A DNA stretch of 63,819 bases, filler included, from an uncultured archaeon (GTDB lineage Archaea > Iainarchaeota > Iainarchaeia > Iainarchaeales > 1-14-0-10-31-34): assembly GCA_964442255.1 (NCBI GenBank). It is 9 parts of 9 records of this genome, joined end to end, with 100 filler letters (N's around TTAATTAATTAA, not from the genome) between each part and the next. Parts side by side here need not be neighbours in the genome. Positions count along the whole stretch, not along the records: positions 1 to 10,311 come from CAYTYC010000032.1; positions 10,412 to 20,242 come from CAYTYC010000033.1; 7 more parts are not named here. The stretch is one strand, 5' to 3'. How positions within the stretch are numbered: the stretch's first letter is position 1; the number at the start of each line of letters is the position of its first letter. The notes under the pieces are model-generated. The model did not search any database, had not been told where the DNA came from, and saw only the letters and a program-made list of their open reading frames with translations. Shown one piece after another: positions 9,861 to 18,259 of this stretch. A program made the position numbers and the translations under genes.

Positions 9861-10311
9861 ATGAAGAAAGACGAAAACTGGGGGAAACAAAACTCAACAA
9901 TCCTGAGGCTGCAGTTGTTAGCGATTGGGTTTGTTGTATTATTAGTGTTTCACACTTTCGGGGAAACCTTTTTCAATACCCTTCCCCTTTTGGCGGTGAA
10001 CGCGCTTCTGGCCCTGTACTTCTTTTACCTGCTTTTTGTTTCCGCGAAAAACGTTTTTGGAACGGAATTCAAGAAGATTGCGGTTTTCTTTCTTGCGCTG
10101 TTTGCTTTGGTTCAGGCAATGTGGGCGGTCACATTGATTGTGCAGGAATATGAGATGAGGTTCAACATCTCCTTTGGATTGATTTTCCTTTTGTTTGCCT
10201 TGTTTATTTTTGCGCGCTTTGGGTTAAGCAAAGGAAACGCGAAAGGAAAGGTTTTAAGCAGCAGCGGAGGCGTTACAGTTGTGGAAACCCCCTTTAATTT
10301 GGGCTCTTTCA
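9861..10311 (+). CDS. membrane protein, 5' part (continues at 41339-41509)
   Basis: Four TM helices; the last 55 nt (10257-10311) are identical to 41339-41393. Confidence 0.75.
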
Positions 10312-10419
10312 NNNNNNNNNNNNNNNNNNNNNNNNNNNNNNNNNNNNNNNNNNNNTTAATTAATTAANNNNNNNNNNNNNNNNNNNNNNNNNNNNNNNNN
10401 NNNNNNNNNNNCTGAATCA

Positions 10420-11271
10420 TTGTTTGTAAAAACAAAATCAAAAGAAACACTGGCAGGAAGAATATTCTACTTCAAAGTAGAAACATTATCCTTCAGAGAA
10501 TACCTGGATTTCAAGCAAAAAAAGCTTGAACCAACGTCACTTTATCAAAAGGAGTTGCTAAAAGAATTCAAAGAATTTATTCAGTCCCAAGGTTTCCCCG
10601 AACTTGTTGGTGTAACTGATAGGGAAGTAATACAAAAATACCTGCAAGAAAGTATGGTGGAAAAAATAGTCTATAAAGACATCCCGACTATTTACTCAGT
10701 AAAAGAAACGGCTGTTTTGGAATCATTGCTAAAGGTTTTAATGGAAGATCCGGGCCAAATCAGCGATATGCAAACCTTGGCATCCCAATTCAAAACTACG
10801 AGGCAAACAATCTCCAATTATTTCTCATTTCTTGAACATGCATTCCTTATCAGAAAACTCTATAATTATTCTCCAAACAAAAGAAAAGCTGAAAGAAAAC
10901 TCAAAAAATACTACCCTGCAATATTATCCCCTTCACTCACATTCAAAGAGGACACAATTTCACAATCAAAAGTTTTAGAATGCCTGATAGCCAACAACCT
11001 TAACGCTGAATTCTTCTGGCGAGACCAATACAAAAACGAGGTCGACATAATCCTCACAAAACCAGCCCTGCTTCCAATTGAAGTGAAATTGTCTGAAACA
11101 AAATCAAAAAGCCTCCAACTATTCATGCAAAAATTCAAAGCCAAAAAAGGGTATGTCCTAACCAAAAACAAAGAAGAAAAAGAAAAAGGCAAAATAGAAG
11201 TAATGCCTGCTTTCAAATACTTTCTGGTTAGGCAAAGAAAAAAAAGATACCATCATAAAGGGTTTTCATAG
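10420..11271 (+). CDS. AAA_14/DUF4143 ATP-binding protein, 5'-truncated by the contig edge
   Basis: ETLAGR, LSFREY, GFPE, EVDIIL...PIEVK PD-(D/E)xK tail. Confidence 0.85.
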   Translation: MFVKTKSKETLAGRIFYFKVETLSFREYLDFKQKKLEPTSLYQKELLKEFKEFIQSQGFPELVGVTDREVIQKYLQESMVEKIVYKDIPTIYSVKETAVLESLLKVLMEDPGQISDMQTLASQFKTTRQTISNYFSFLEHAFLIRKLYNYSPNKRKAERKLKKYYPAILSPSLTFKEDTISQSKVLECLIANNLNAEFFWRDQYKNEVDIILTKPALLPIEVKLSETKSKSLQLFMQKFKAKKGYVLTKNKEEKEKGKIEVMPAFKYFLVRQRKKRYHHKGFS

Positions 11272-11321
11272 GCAATTCTTAGAAATTTAAAGCAGATTTG
11301 CAAGTTTCTTGATGTCTTTCG

Positions 11322-11636
11322 TTCAAATTTTCAAAAGATGAAGGCAGGCTTGCAGAAAACATTACATTCATTGGGCTTAAAAGAAAGGAAAAAGAAATAT
11401 TTTACTGGAAAAATAAAAACGAAGTAGATTTCGTAATTAAAAATGCTGACAATTCGCTTGAAGCAATAAACGTTTCATACACCAGTGAAATAAACGAAAG
11501 AGAAACAAAAGGATTGCAGGAATTCAAAGAACAATTCAAAAAAACAAAAAAACTCACGCTAATAACAAAAGACACGGAAAAAAAAGAAAACGGAATAAAA
11601 TTTATGCCGCTGTGGAAATGGTTGTTGATGAATTGA
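11322..11636 (+). pseudogene. C-terminal remnant of a second AAA_14/DUF4143 ATPase
   Basis: Startless frame FKFSKDEGRLAENITF...FYWKNKNEVDFVIK...PLWKWLL*; in-frame TGA at 11310-11312. Confidence 0.75.
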
Positions 11637-11742
11637 AATAAGAATAACCACAAAAGCCAGCTTAATGGATTTAGGCAAAAAGAACGAAACCCATGGTGAC
11701 ACTATAAGAAAACTGCTTAAGCTTGCCAGAGTTTTAAAAGAA

Positions 11743-13053
11743 TTACGGCCTTCCGCCCTGTCCAGTTTCCGGTTTCTCTATTTCAGGTTTTTCTATTGGA
11801 ACGCTCTCAGGCATTTTTTCTTTGGCTTCTTCCGGAAGAGGAACCTCTTCTGAAATGCCACCCAAAGCATTTTTTTGTTTTAATGCTTCAACCATCTTTT
11901 CCCTGTTTTCCACTGAAACATCCATGGCTTTCTCGATAGTGGGTTTTGCCTGCTCTGGAACCTTTCCGTAAACCTCTGCCAGAATAGTTAAATGAATAGA
12001 TGCAGCTGCTGCAGCCAATTGTTCAACTGTTGTCGTATCTTTGCCCAGCCCTTGAGCGATTTGCAGGATTTCGTCTCCAAATTCAACAAGTTTTTCAAAT
12101 TCCTTTATTTCCTCTTTGGCGTCTTCAGCTTCGTTTTCTTCTGCCCTTTCTTTGGCTCTATTCAACCTGTTTTCAGCTGCCTTTAGGTTTATTTCAGTGG
12201 CTTTTTCCGGCTTTGCTTTAGCCAGCTCTCTCAGGGCCTCCTTTTGTTTTTCTAATGAGGCGGATTTTTTCTCCCCAACTTTTGCTTTCACGTCTGCTGG
12301 CGCAGTATCTTCCACATCATCCAAATCTTCTATCTGGCCGTTAAAGTTAGAGGCTACTTGCTCAAGAACGGCTTCATCTTTCCCGGCCAATTCCCCAGAA
12401 AACCCGGTTAGCTCTCCATATTCTTCCAAGGCTTGCTCAACGCCTTTGCTTTTGCCGGCCTCTGCCATTTCTTTGGCTTTATTCAGTCTTCCCTCCACTG
12501 TATCCAGATTTATTCCAATAGCCTTTTTTGGGTTATCTCCTGAAAGAATAGCCAAAGCATTATTTTGGCCAGTGACAGAGGCTTTTTTTGCTTTTGCAAT
12601 TGCTTCTTTTACCTGCTCAGGAACCCGGTCATAGACTTCATCCAATACGCCCAAATGTACAGAAGTTGCCAAACCAATCAACTCAGTGACTTTTGCTGTA
12701 TCTTTTCCAGTCTGCCGGGCGTTTTTGGCTATTTCATTTGATGCGTTTATGTTGTCCTCGTATTCCTTTGCCAAACCATCAACAAATTCGGGTCTGCCTC
12801 TTTCAGCCATTGCTTTTGCTTCACTAAGCCTTAGCCCGGCATAATTTGCATGCTTCTCTGCTTTCGCCAAATCATCAAATGTAAAGAACATGTCTGCGCC
12901 CTCAAAAAACCTTTTGAAACCATACGCCCATGAATCAGGTGTTGTTCCCGGATCAGGCAACTCCGGCCCCTGGGCACTCACTGCCTGCACTGGAAACAAA
13001 ATCGTTAAAACCAAAAACAAGCTAAGCGCATATTTAGCCTTCATTTCCTTCAC
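11743..13053 (-). CDS. secreted DUF5667-like helical repeat protein
   Basis: Signal peptide; PGTTPDSWAYGFKRFFE...AKAEKHANYAGLRLSEA; internal repeats. Confidence 0.75.
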   Translation of the reverse strand: MKEMKAKYALSLFLVLTILFPVQAVSAQGPELPDPGTTPDSWAYGFKRFFEGADMFFTFDDLAKAEKHANYAGLRLSEAKAMAERGRPEFVDGLAKEYEDNINASNEIAKNARQTGKDTAKVTELIGLATSVHLGVLDEVYDRVPEQVKEAIAKAKKASVTGQNNALAILSGDNPKKAIGINLDTVEGRLNKAKEMAEAGKSKGVEQALEEYGELTGFSGELAGKDEAVLEQVASNFNGQIEDLDDVEDTAPADVKAKVGEKKSASLEKQKEALRELAKAKPEKATEINLKAAENRLNRAKERAEENEAEDAKEEIKEFEKLVEFGDEILQIAQGLGKDTTTVEQLAAAAASIHLTILAEVYGKVPEQAKPTIEKAMDVSVENREKMVEALKQKNALGGISEEVPLPEEAKEKMPESVPIEKPEIEKPETGQGGRP

Positions 13054-13324
13054 CTATTTTAGGAAGTTCTTCATTTTCCTGTTGTTAAGTTTATTTTTTA
13101 TTATTAATTTATATGGTTTTAGTTATTTATAAACGTTCCGCCTGCGTTTCCCGAAGTGTTTTACTCCCCTTGATGTGACACGCAATAAGAGGTTACTCGC
13201 CGGAGGAACTGTTAACAAAAAGAGGGCAATTAGTTGCCCCAAAGAATTACCTCAGATACAATTCAATTTATGCAGAAGCGGCAGGAAGGCAACAGTATTA
13301 AGCATTATCTTCTATTCATTTCTG

Positions 13325-13458
13325 TTGGCAATGACGATGTTAACACCTTCTGACCGGCTTAAGTGTGTGAGCGAAAGCGAGCTGGCGCCATGCGCAGTAT
13401 GGCATACTCTGCCACCGTGAGCAGACGGCGTGATGAATTAACTCAACCCTGAACCCAA
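13325..13458 (+). ncRNA. box C/D guide sRNA with a 76-nt hairpin insert between D' and C'
   Basis: C ATGACGA 13331-13337, 12-nt guide, D' CTGA 13350-13353, C' GTGATGA 13430-13436, 12-nt guide, D CTGA 13449-13452, TTGG/CCAA terminal stem. Confidence 0.7.
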
Positions 13459-13476
13459 TAAAATAAGTGATTCTAA

Positions 13477-13728
13477 ATGAAACAAAAAACAAAGATTTCG
13501 TTAGCAGCACTCGCACTTTTTTTAGCCCTCTTTGCCTGGGCGCCTTGGCTTGATGACCAAGCCATTCACGACAAGGTCTTCAGGGAAAGGGCGCACATAG
13601 ACGGAACAATGGACAAACAAACCGGCAAGCTTATTTGCGATTACAACGTGATGTGGTTTCCGTTTGGCAGGCATGTTGCAAGCTGCGAAGGCGGCTACTT
13701 TGTGACTTTTTTCGGACAAACTCTCTAA
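13477..13728 (+). CDS. small membrane-anchored hypothetical protein
   Basis: N-terminal TM helix, two Cys. Confidence 0.6.
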   Translation: MKQKTKISLAALALFLALFAWAPWLDDQAIHDKVFRERAHIDGTMDKQTGKLICDYNVMWFPFGRHVASCEGGYFVTFFGQTL

Positions 13729-13835
13729 ACTGCGGCGGGTTAAAGCCCGCCGGTTTTTTTTTCCGTAAACGGCCTGATGGAAACAATTCATTTGCCCGTT
13801 GAAATGGGCGGGGTTCCCGGAAGGGGTTTCTAAAA
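13726..13835. repeat. ~110-bp dispersed structured repeat, copy A
   Basis: TAAACTGCGGCG...GGGTTTCTAAAA, homologous to 24742-24852 and 37337-37450. Confidence 0.85.
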
Positions 13836-13890
13836 ACCAAAAAAAAAAACTGTCTTTCATTTAAAAGAAAAAAAGACGCGCCGGCTGCAG

Positions 13891-14247
13891 CTAGTTCAGG
13901 CTGCAGCCTGAAACGGCGCTTAACTCCTCCAGGCTCTGCACTCCTCTGTGTGAAAGTCCTTGAGCGTCAATCCATGTGGGATAGCCCTGCACCTGATTTT
14001 CGGTGCAGAAGGCCTTCTCGTAGTCGCAGTTTTTGTAGTCAATGTATTTGAATGCTGTGCCGAACATTGCCTTCTGCTGCCGGCAGAAATGGCACCAGTC
14101 CGTGCCAGCCATTATCAATCCCGAATCAGAAAGGCATTGCGCGAAGCCGTCCAGTTCGGATGGCTTCTGGAGTTCCGCAAAAACAAAAAAGCCAACCGCA
14201 AAAATTGCGACAACTATTACTGCTAATCCAATATACATTTTATTCAA
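13891..14247 (-). CDS. membrane-anchored thioredoxin-like protein
   Basis: WCHFC, QKAMFG, VQGYPTW. Confidence 0.8.
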   Translation of the reverse strand: MNKMYIGLAVIVVAIFAVGFFVFAELQKPSELDGFAQCLSDSGLIMAGTDWCHFCRQQKAMFGTAFKYIDYKNCDYEKAFCTENQVQGYPTWIDAQGLSHRGVQSLEELSAVSGCSLN

Positions 14248-14356
14248 TGTGTATCGCCTTCACAAAATCCTTCACCATCTGAACCACAAAAATACCCAAA
14301 ACACGGCGGCCGCCACAATTGCCGACACAAAAATTGCACTCTTTTTTGTTTCCATT

Positions 14357-15178
14357 TCAGCCCCCCAAAAGCGGGTTAATTACAGCCTTGAACGCGTCAA
14401 ATGGCTGCGCCCCAACCAGTTTTACTGGTGCAGAGTTTCTTTTTCCGATGAAAAATGTTGGTGTTCCGCTTACGCCAAGGGCAGCGCCGTCTGAAAAGTC
14501 TTTATCGACTTCCCCCGAATACTTTTCGGAGTCAACGCAGGAATTAAACTGTTCAGTGTTAAGGCCGAGGCCTTCAGCCCACTGCTTATAGGAAGCGTCA
14601 CCCAAACTGCCCTGGTTTTCAAAGATTTTGTCGTGGAATTCCCAGAACTTTCCCTGCTCGCCTGCGCATTCAGCCGCAATTGCCGCGGGCTTTGCCTGCG
14701 CGTGAAAGCCTAAAGGAAAGTCCCTGTAAACCATCTGAACCTTTCCCGTGTCAATATAGTCTGACTGGATTGATGGCAGGGTCTCTGAGTAAAACCTTCC
14801 GCAAAAAGGGCACTCAAAGTCCGAGAACTCTATTATCAGCACTTCAGCTGAATCTGCCCCTTTTATTGCGTCATCATCCGCGAGATCCATTGTTTTCAGC
14901 AGCAGTCCATCCCCTGTCCCGGGTTCGACGGAGGGAGGTGCAAGGGCATCAGAGTCCTTTATACCTTTACTGGGGGGAGGTTCAGACTTAAGCGCCGCGG
15001 ATCCCGCGGTATTGATTCCCTTGAACCCCTCTCCAACCGAATTATTGATTAAGTTTCCCGTGTAAAGAATTGAACCTGAAATAATCAAGGCCGCAACTAT
15101 TAAGCTTATTCCCGTAAAGGATTCCCTTCCAGCGCCTTTGGGTTCGTTTTCCTGTTCCAACAGAACACCTCCGCACAT
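14357..15178 (-). CDS. DsbA family disulfide oxidoreductase
   Basis: EFSDFECPFC, YRDFPL, GVSGTPTFFI, GAQP. Confidence 0.9.
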   Translation of the reverse strand: MCGGVLLEQENEPKGAGRESFTGISLIVAALIISGSILYTGNLINNSVGEGFKGINTAGSAALKSEPPPSKGIKDSDALAPPSVEPGTGDGLLLKTMDLADDDAIKGADSAEVLIIEFSDFECPFCGRFYSETLPSIQSDYIDTGKVQMVYRDFPLGFHAQAKPAAIAAECAGEQGKFWEFHDKIFENQGSLGDASYKQWAEGLGLNTEQFNSCVDSEKYSGEVDKDFSDGAALGVSGTPTFFIGKRNSAPVKLVGAQPFDAFKAVINPLLGG

Positions 15179-15278
15179 ATTGCGGCTGAAACCATATATA
15201 GGGTTTCATGAAACCGTCTTTTTTCCGGCTTTTTGCGGGAGAAAGATTTAAAAAGGTTATGTGAAATATTTTTCACAT

Positions 15279-15602
15279 ATGAAGGATGTGTTTTTCCATG
15301 AATTCTTTGGGATGCTCTCAAACCCGCTTAGGGGAAGAATTGTTTTGGCTTTAAATGAAAGGCCCTCCGGGGTGAACGGTTTAACGGAAAAACTGGGGGC
15401 AGAGAGAAGCAGGATTTCCCACGCATTGCTTGAAATGAAAAAGTGCAGGATAGTGGAGCCAAAGAAAAAGGGCAGGGAAAGAATTTATTTCCTGAACAAG
15501 TCCACAATGGGGCCTTTGCTTAAGCTTGTGGACTCGCACGCGCAAAAAAACTGCCCTTACTGCTGGGCAAAAAAGGAAAACGAGTTAAGGAAAAGGAGTT
15601 GA
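15279..15602 (+). CDS. ArsR family transcriptional regulator
   Basis: LSNPLRGRIV...SRISHAL...KKGRERIYFL. Confidence 0.85.
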   Translation: MKDVFFHEFFGMLSNPLRGRIVLALNERPSGVNGLTEKLGAERSRISHALLEMKKCRIVEPKKKGRERIYFLNKSTMGPLLKLVDSHAQKNCPYCWAKKENELRKRS

Positions 15603-16382
15603 ATGAAACTGGATGAAAAGAAAACCGGCCAATTAATGCGGCTGCTTGAAAGGCTGAACAAAGGCGAAGAGCCGGAGAAAGTGAGGCGCGAGGCACAGGA
15701 ATTCCTGGAAAGCATTGGGCCTGCAGATTTGTCGTTTGCGGAGCAAAAGCTTTTGGATTCAGGCTTAAAGCCCGGGGACTTAAGGAACCTTTGCTCGGTT
15801 CACATGGAAATGGTTAAAGATGAATTGGAAAAGCTCAGGAAAAGCCTTCAGGAAGGGCACCCGGTGCATACAATGGTTTGCGAGCACGACGAAATACTGG
15901 GTTTTCTGGATGAACTGGAGAAAGTGAACAACGGAATCCGGAAGAAAGAAAAATTTGAGGAATGCGGAGAAGAAGTCAAAAAACTCAGGCACATTGCGCA
16001 CCACCTGCTTGAAGCTGAGGCGCATCACAAAAGGGAGGAAGACGTTTTGTTCCCTGAACTCGAAAAGCGCGGCGTTACGGGCCCGCCGCAGATAATGCGG
16101 ATGGAGCACGAGGACATGCGGAAAAGGAAAAAAGAGTTAAAGGAACTCGCGGAAAAAGCCGGGGAAACTGAATTCAGTGAATTCAGGAAAAGGCTTGATG
16201 CGGCAAGCAAATTCATTGTGCTGGCCTTAAGGGACCACATCTTCAAGGAAAACAACATCCTTTACCCCACCGCAGTGCAGGTGATTCAGGATAAGGGCGT
16301 GTGGGATGAAATGCTGAAGGAATGCAACAAAATAGGCTACTGCTGCTTTACCCCAAAAAACGAGAAAACCGGGGCTGAATGA
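15603..16382 (+). CDS. DUF438 / hemerythrin domain protein
   Basis: AEQKL...LCSVH, GHPVHTMVCEH, HHKREEDVLFP, HIFKENNILYP. Confidence 0.87.
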   Translation: MKLDEKKTGQLMRLLERLNKGEEPEKVRREAQEFLESIGPADLSFAEQKLLDSGLKPGDLRNLCSVHMEMVKDELEKLRKSLQEGHPVHTMVCEHDEILGFLDELEKVNNGIRKKEKFEECGEEVKKLRHIAHHLLEAEAHHKREEDVLFPELEKRGVTGPPQIMRMEHEDMRKRKKELKELAEKAGETEFSEFRKRLDAASKFIVLALRDHIFKENNILYPTAVQVIQDKGVWDEMLKECNKIGYCCFTPKNEKTGAE

Positions 16383-16383
16383 C

Positions 16384-16572
16384 ATGGCAAAAATAAGATA
16401 TGGCCAAAAAATGTGCATTTCCTGCGGGGCGTGCATAAATTTTTCAAAGAACTGGGCTGAAGACAACGGCAAAGTAAAGCCGCTTAAAAAAAATGTACGC
16501 GGGAAAGAGATTGAGGAAAACAGGCGGGCGGCTGAAGCCTGCCCGGTGGACGCAATCAAGGTAATTGAATAG
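16384..16572 (+). CDS. ferredoxin
   Basis: CISCGAC...AAEACPVDAI. Confidence 0.82.
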   Translation: MAKIRYGQKMCISCGACINFSKNWAEDNGKVKPLKKNVRGKEIEENRRAAEACPVDAIKVIE

Positions 16573-16603
16573 GCTTTAAAGCCTTTTTCAGGGGAAAAGG
16601 TTT

Positions 16604-17110
16604 TTGATGGAATCAAACAAAAAGCTTGTATTGGGGATTTTCGCGATTGTGGCTTTCCTTTACGCGGTTTCAACTGTGGCGGTTCTGCTTTCAAATGCAA
16701 GCAACACGGACTTCTGCCCCGCAAGCGGAACAGAGGACTGCCCGCACAAGCAGGAGCTTGACTTTTTGGTTGGGGCTTTGCCTTTGATTGCAAGCATTGC
16801 AATTGTGGCAGGGGCAGGGGCATATTATTTGATGGCAGGAAAGGTTGAAGGAAAGCAAAAAGCCGCGAAAAGCACCGCGGAAGTGCTGCTCAAGTTTTTG
16901 AACCCGGATGAAAGGAAGCTCGTGAATTTGCTCATTGAAAATGATGGAAAGGTTTTGCAGGCAGAATTAACCAGGCTGCCGGGAATGAGCAAAGTGAAGT
17001 CGCACAGGATAGTGCAAAGGCTCATGGACCGGGGGGTAATTGAAAAGGATTCACTGGGCAAGACAAACATCGTGGGTTTCACAAAAGAAATAAAGGAAGG
17101 GCTGATGTAG
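16604..17110 (+). CDS. membrane-anchored winged-helix regulator
   Basis: Two TM helices, then LNPDERK...LQAELTR...SKVKSHRIVQRL. Confidence 0.78.
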   Translation: MMESNKKLVLGIFAIVAFLYAVSTVAVLLSNASNTDFCPASGTEDCPHKQELDFLVGALPLIASIAIVAGAGAYYLMAGKVEGKQKAAKSTAEVLLKFLNPDERKLVNLLIENDGKVLQAELTRLPGMSKVKSHRIVQRLMDRGVIEKDSLGKTNIVGFTKEIKEGLM

Positions 17111-17317
17111 GGGAAAAAGGAAATGAAAAAACGGAAATGCTGAAATGCAATAAGGAAATTCACAGGAAACCCCGGACATCAGCCGCTTCACAAAAGAAAT
17201 AAAAGGAAGGGCTGATGTAAAACCGCGGATGAAGACGGAAACAGTTTGCAGCCGCAAAAAAAAAATTTGCCGGATTAATTAAGCGCACAGCCTGAAAAAA
17301 AAATATGGCGGAAGGCC

Positions 17318-17669
17318 TCCCGCTTATCTCCTGAAATATTCTTCCCTGCACTTGTAAGAATTGTTGTGGAAAAGCTTGGCACTGCATCAGCCCGCTTCCC
17401 GCTTATCTCCTGAAATATTCTTCCCTGCACTTGTANNNNNNNNNNNNNNNNNNNNNNNNNNNNNNNNNNNNNNNNNNNNNNNNNNNNNNNNNNNNNNNNN
17501 NNNNNNNNNNNNNNNNNNNNNNNNNNNNNNNNNNNACTGCATCAGCCCGCTTCCCGCTTATCTCCTGAAATATTCTTCCCTGCACTTGTAAGAATTGTTG
17601 TGGAAAAGCTTGGCACTGCATCAGCCCGCTTCCCGCTTATCTCCTGAAATATTCTTCCCTGCACTTGTA
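17318..17669. repeat. 79-bp tandem repeat interrupted by the scaffold gap (copy number uncertain)
   Basis: TCCCGCTTATCTCCTG... starts at 17318, 17397, 17552 and 17631. Confidence 0.85.
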
Positions 17670-17789
17670 GCCGCAGAACCTTCTCGCGTCAATGCTTCCG
17701 GTTGGGTTATGGAGTGAAGAGCCGCAGTTCAGGCACCGGTAATTTTTTGAGTGCTCCGAAACCCTGTCCTTTGTTATTGCGTAAGACAT
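17637..17789 (-). CDS. 50-aa zinc-finger-like microprotein (absent from the ORF track)
   Basis: MSYAITKDRVSEHSKNYRCLNCGSSLHNPTGSIDARRFCGYKCREEYFRR; GGTGA SD upstream. Confidence 0.7.
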   Translation of the reverse strand: MSYAITKDRVSEHSKNYRCLNCGSSLHNPTGSIDARRFCGYKCREEYFRR

Positions 17790-18259
17790 TTTTTCACCAT
17801 TTTTTTTTCAGTAAAAGTCTCCATCCCTTTCAGTGAAGGGCTCTTTTTCAGGGAACTCGCCCCTTTCCTTCCATTTGCTTTTCTTTTTTCTTTTCCCCAT
17901 TTTTTTGCCTCCAAAAAAAAATTTTTAGGCGGGCGGATTCACGCCCGCAAAAAGTTTCGCTTCACTCTCATTTGCTTTCTTTTTTCTTTTTGGATTTGCC
18001 TCTTCCAGCCATCAGAAACAACCTCCTGCCCAAAAAAGGGCATTGATTTTTTTTTCAAGGCCATCCCCGCCTAAAAAGAAACAGTTTTTCGGATTAGGGT
18101 TTTGGCCTTTTTTTTATTGCGCCGACAACCAGGGCTTCAGGAACCCTGCCTCCATCGGCTTCACAATAATATGCGCCCAACTAATATTTAAGCCGGTATG
18201 TTTGGGGAAAAAAAGGGAAAGGAAAAGAATAAATAACTGCCTGAAGTAAATTGGATTGA

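Noticed and set aside
10312..10411. TTAATTAATTAA palindrome within N runs (eight occurrences)
   Set aside because: Artificial contig linker with stops in all frames; adjacency across it has no biological meaning.
13765..13790. CTGATGGAAAC as a hammerhead ribozyme core
   Set aside because: Lacks CUGAnGA plus stem II, and is not conserved in the other two copies.
17318..17669. 79-bp repeats as a CRISPR array
   Set aside because: The units are identical with no variable spacers and derive from a gene end; the copies flanking the gap may be redundant.
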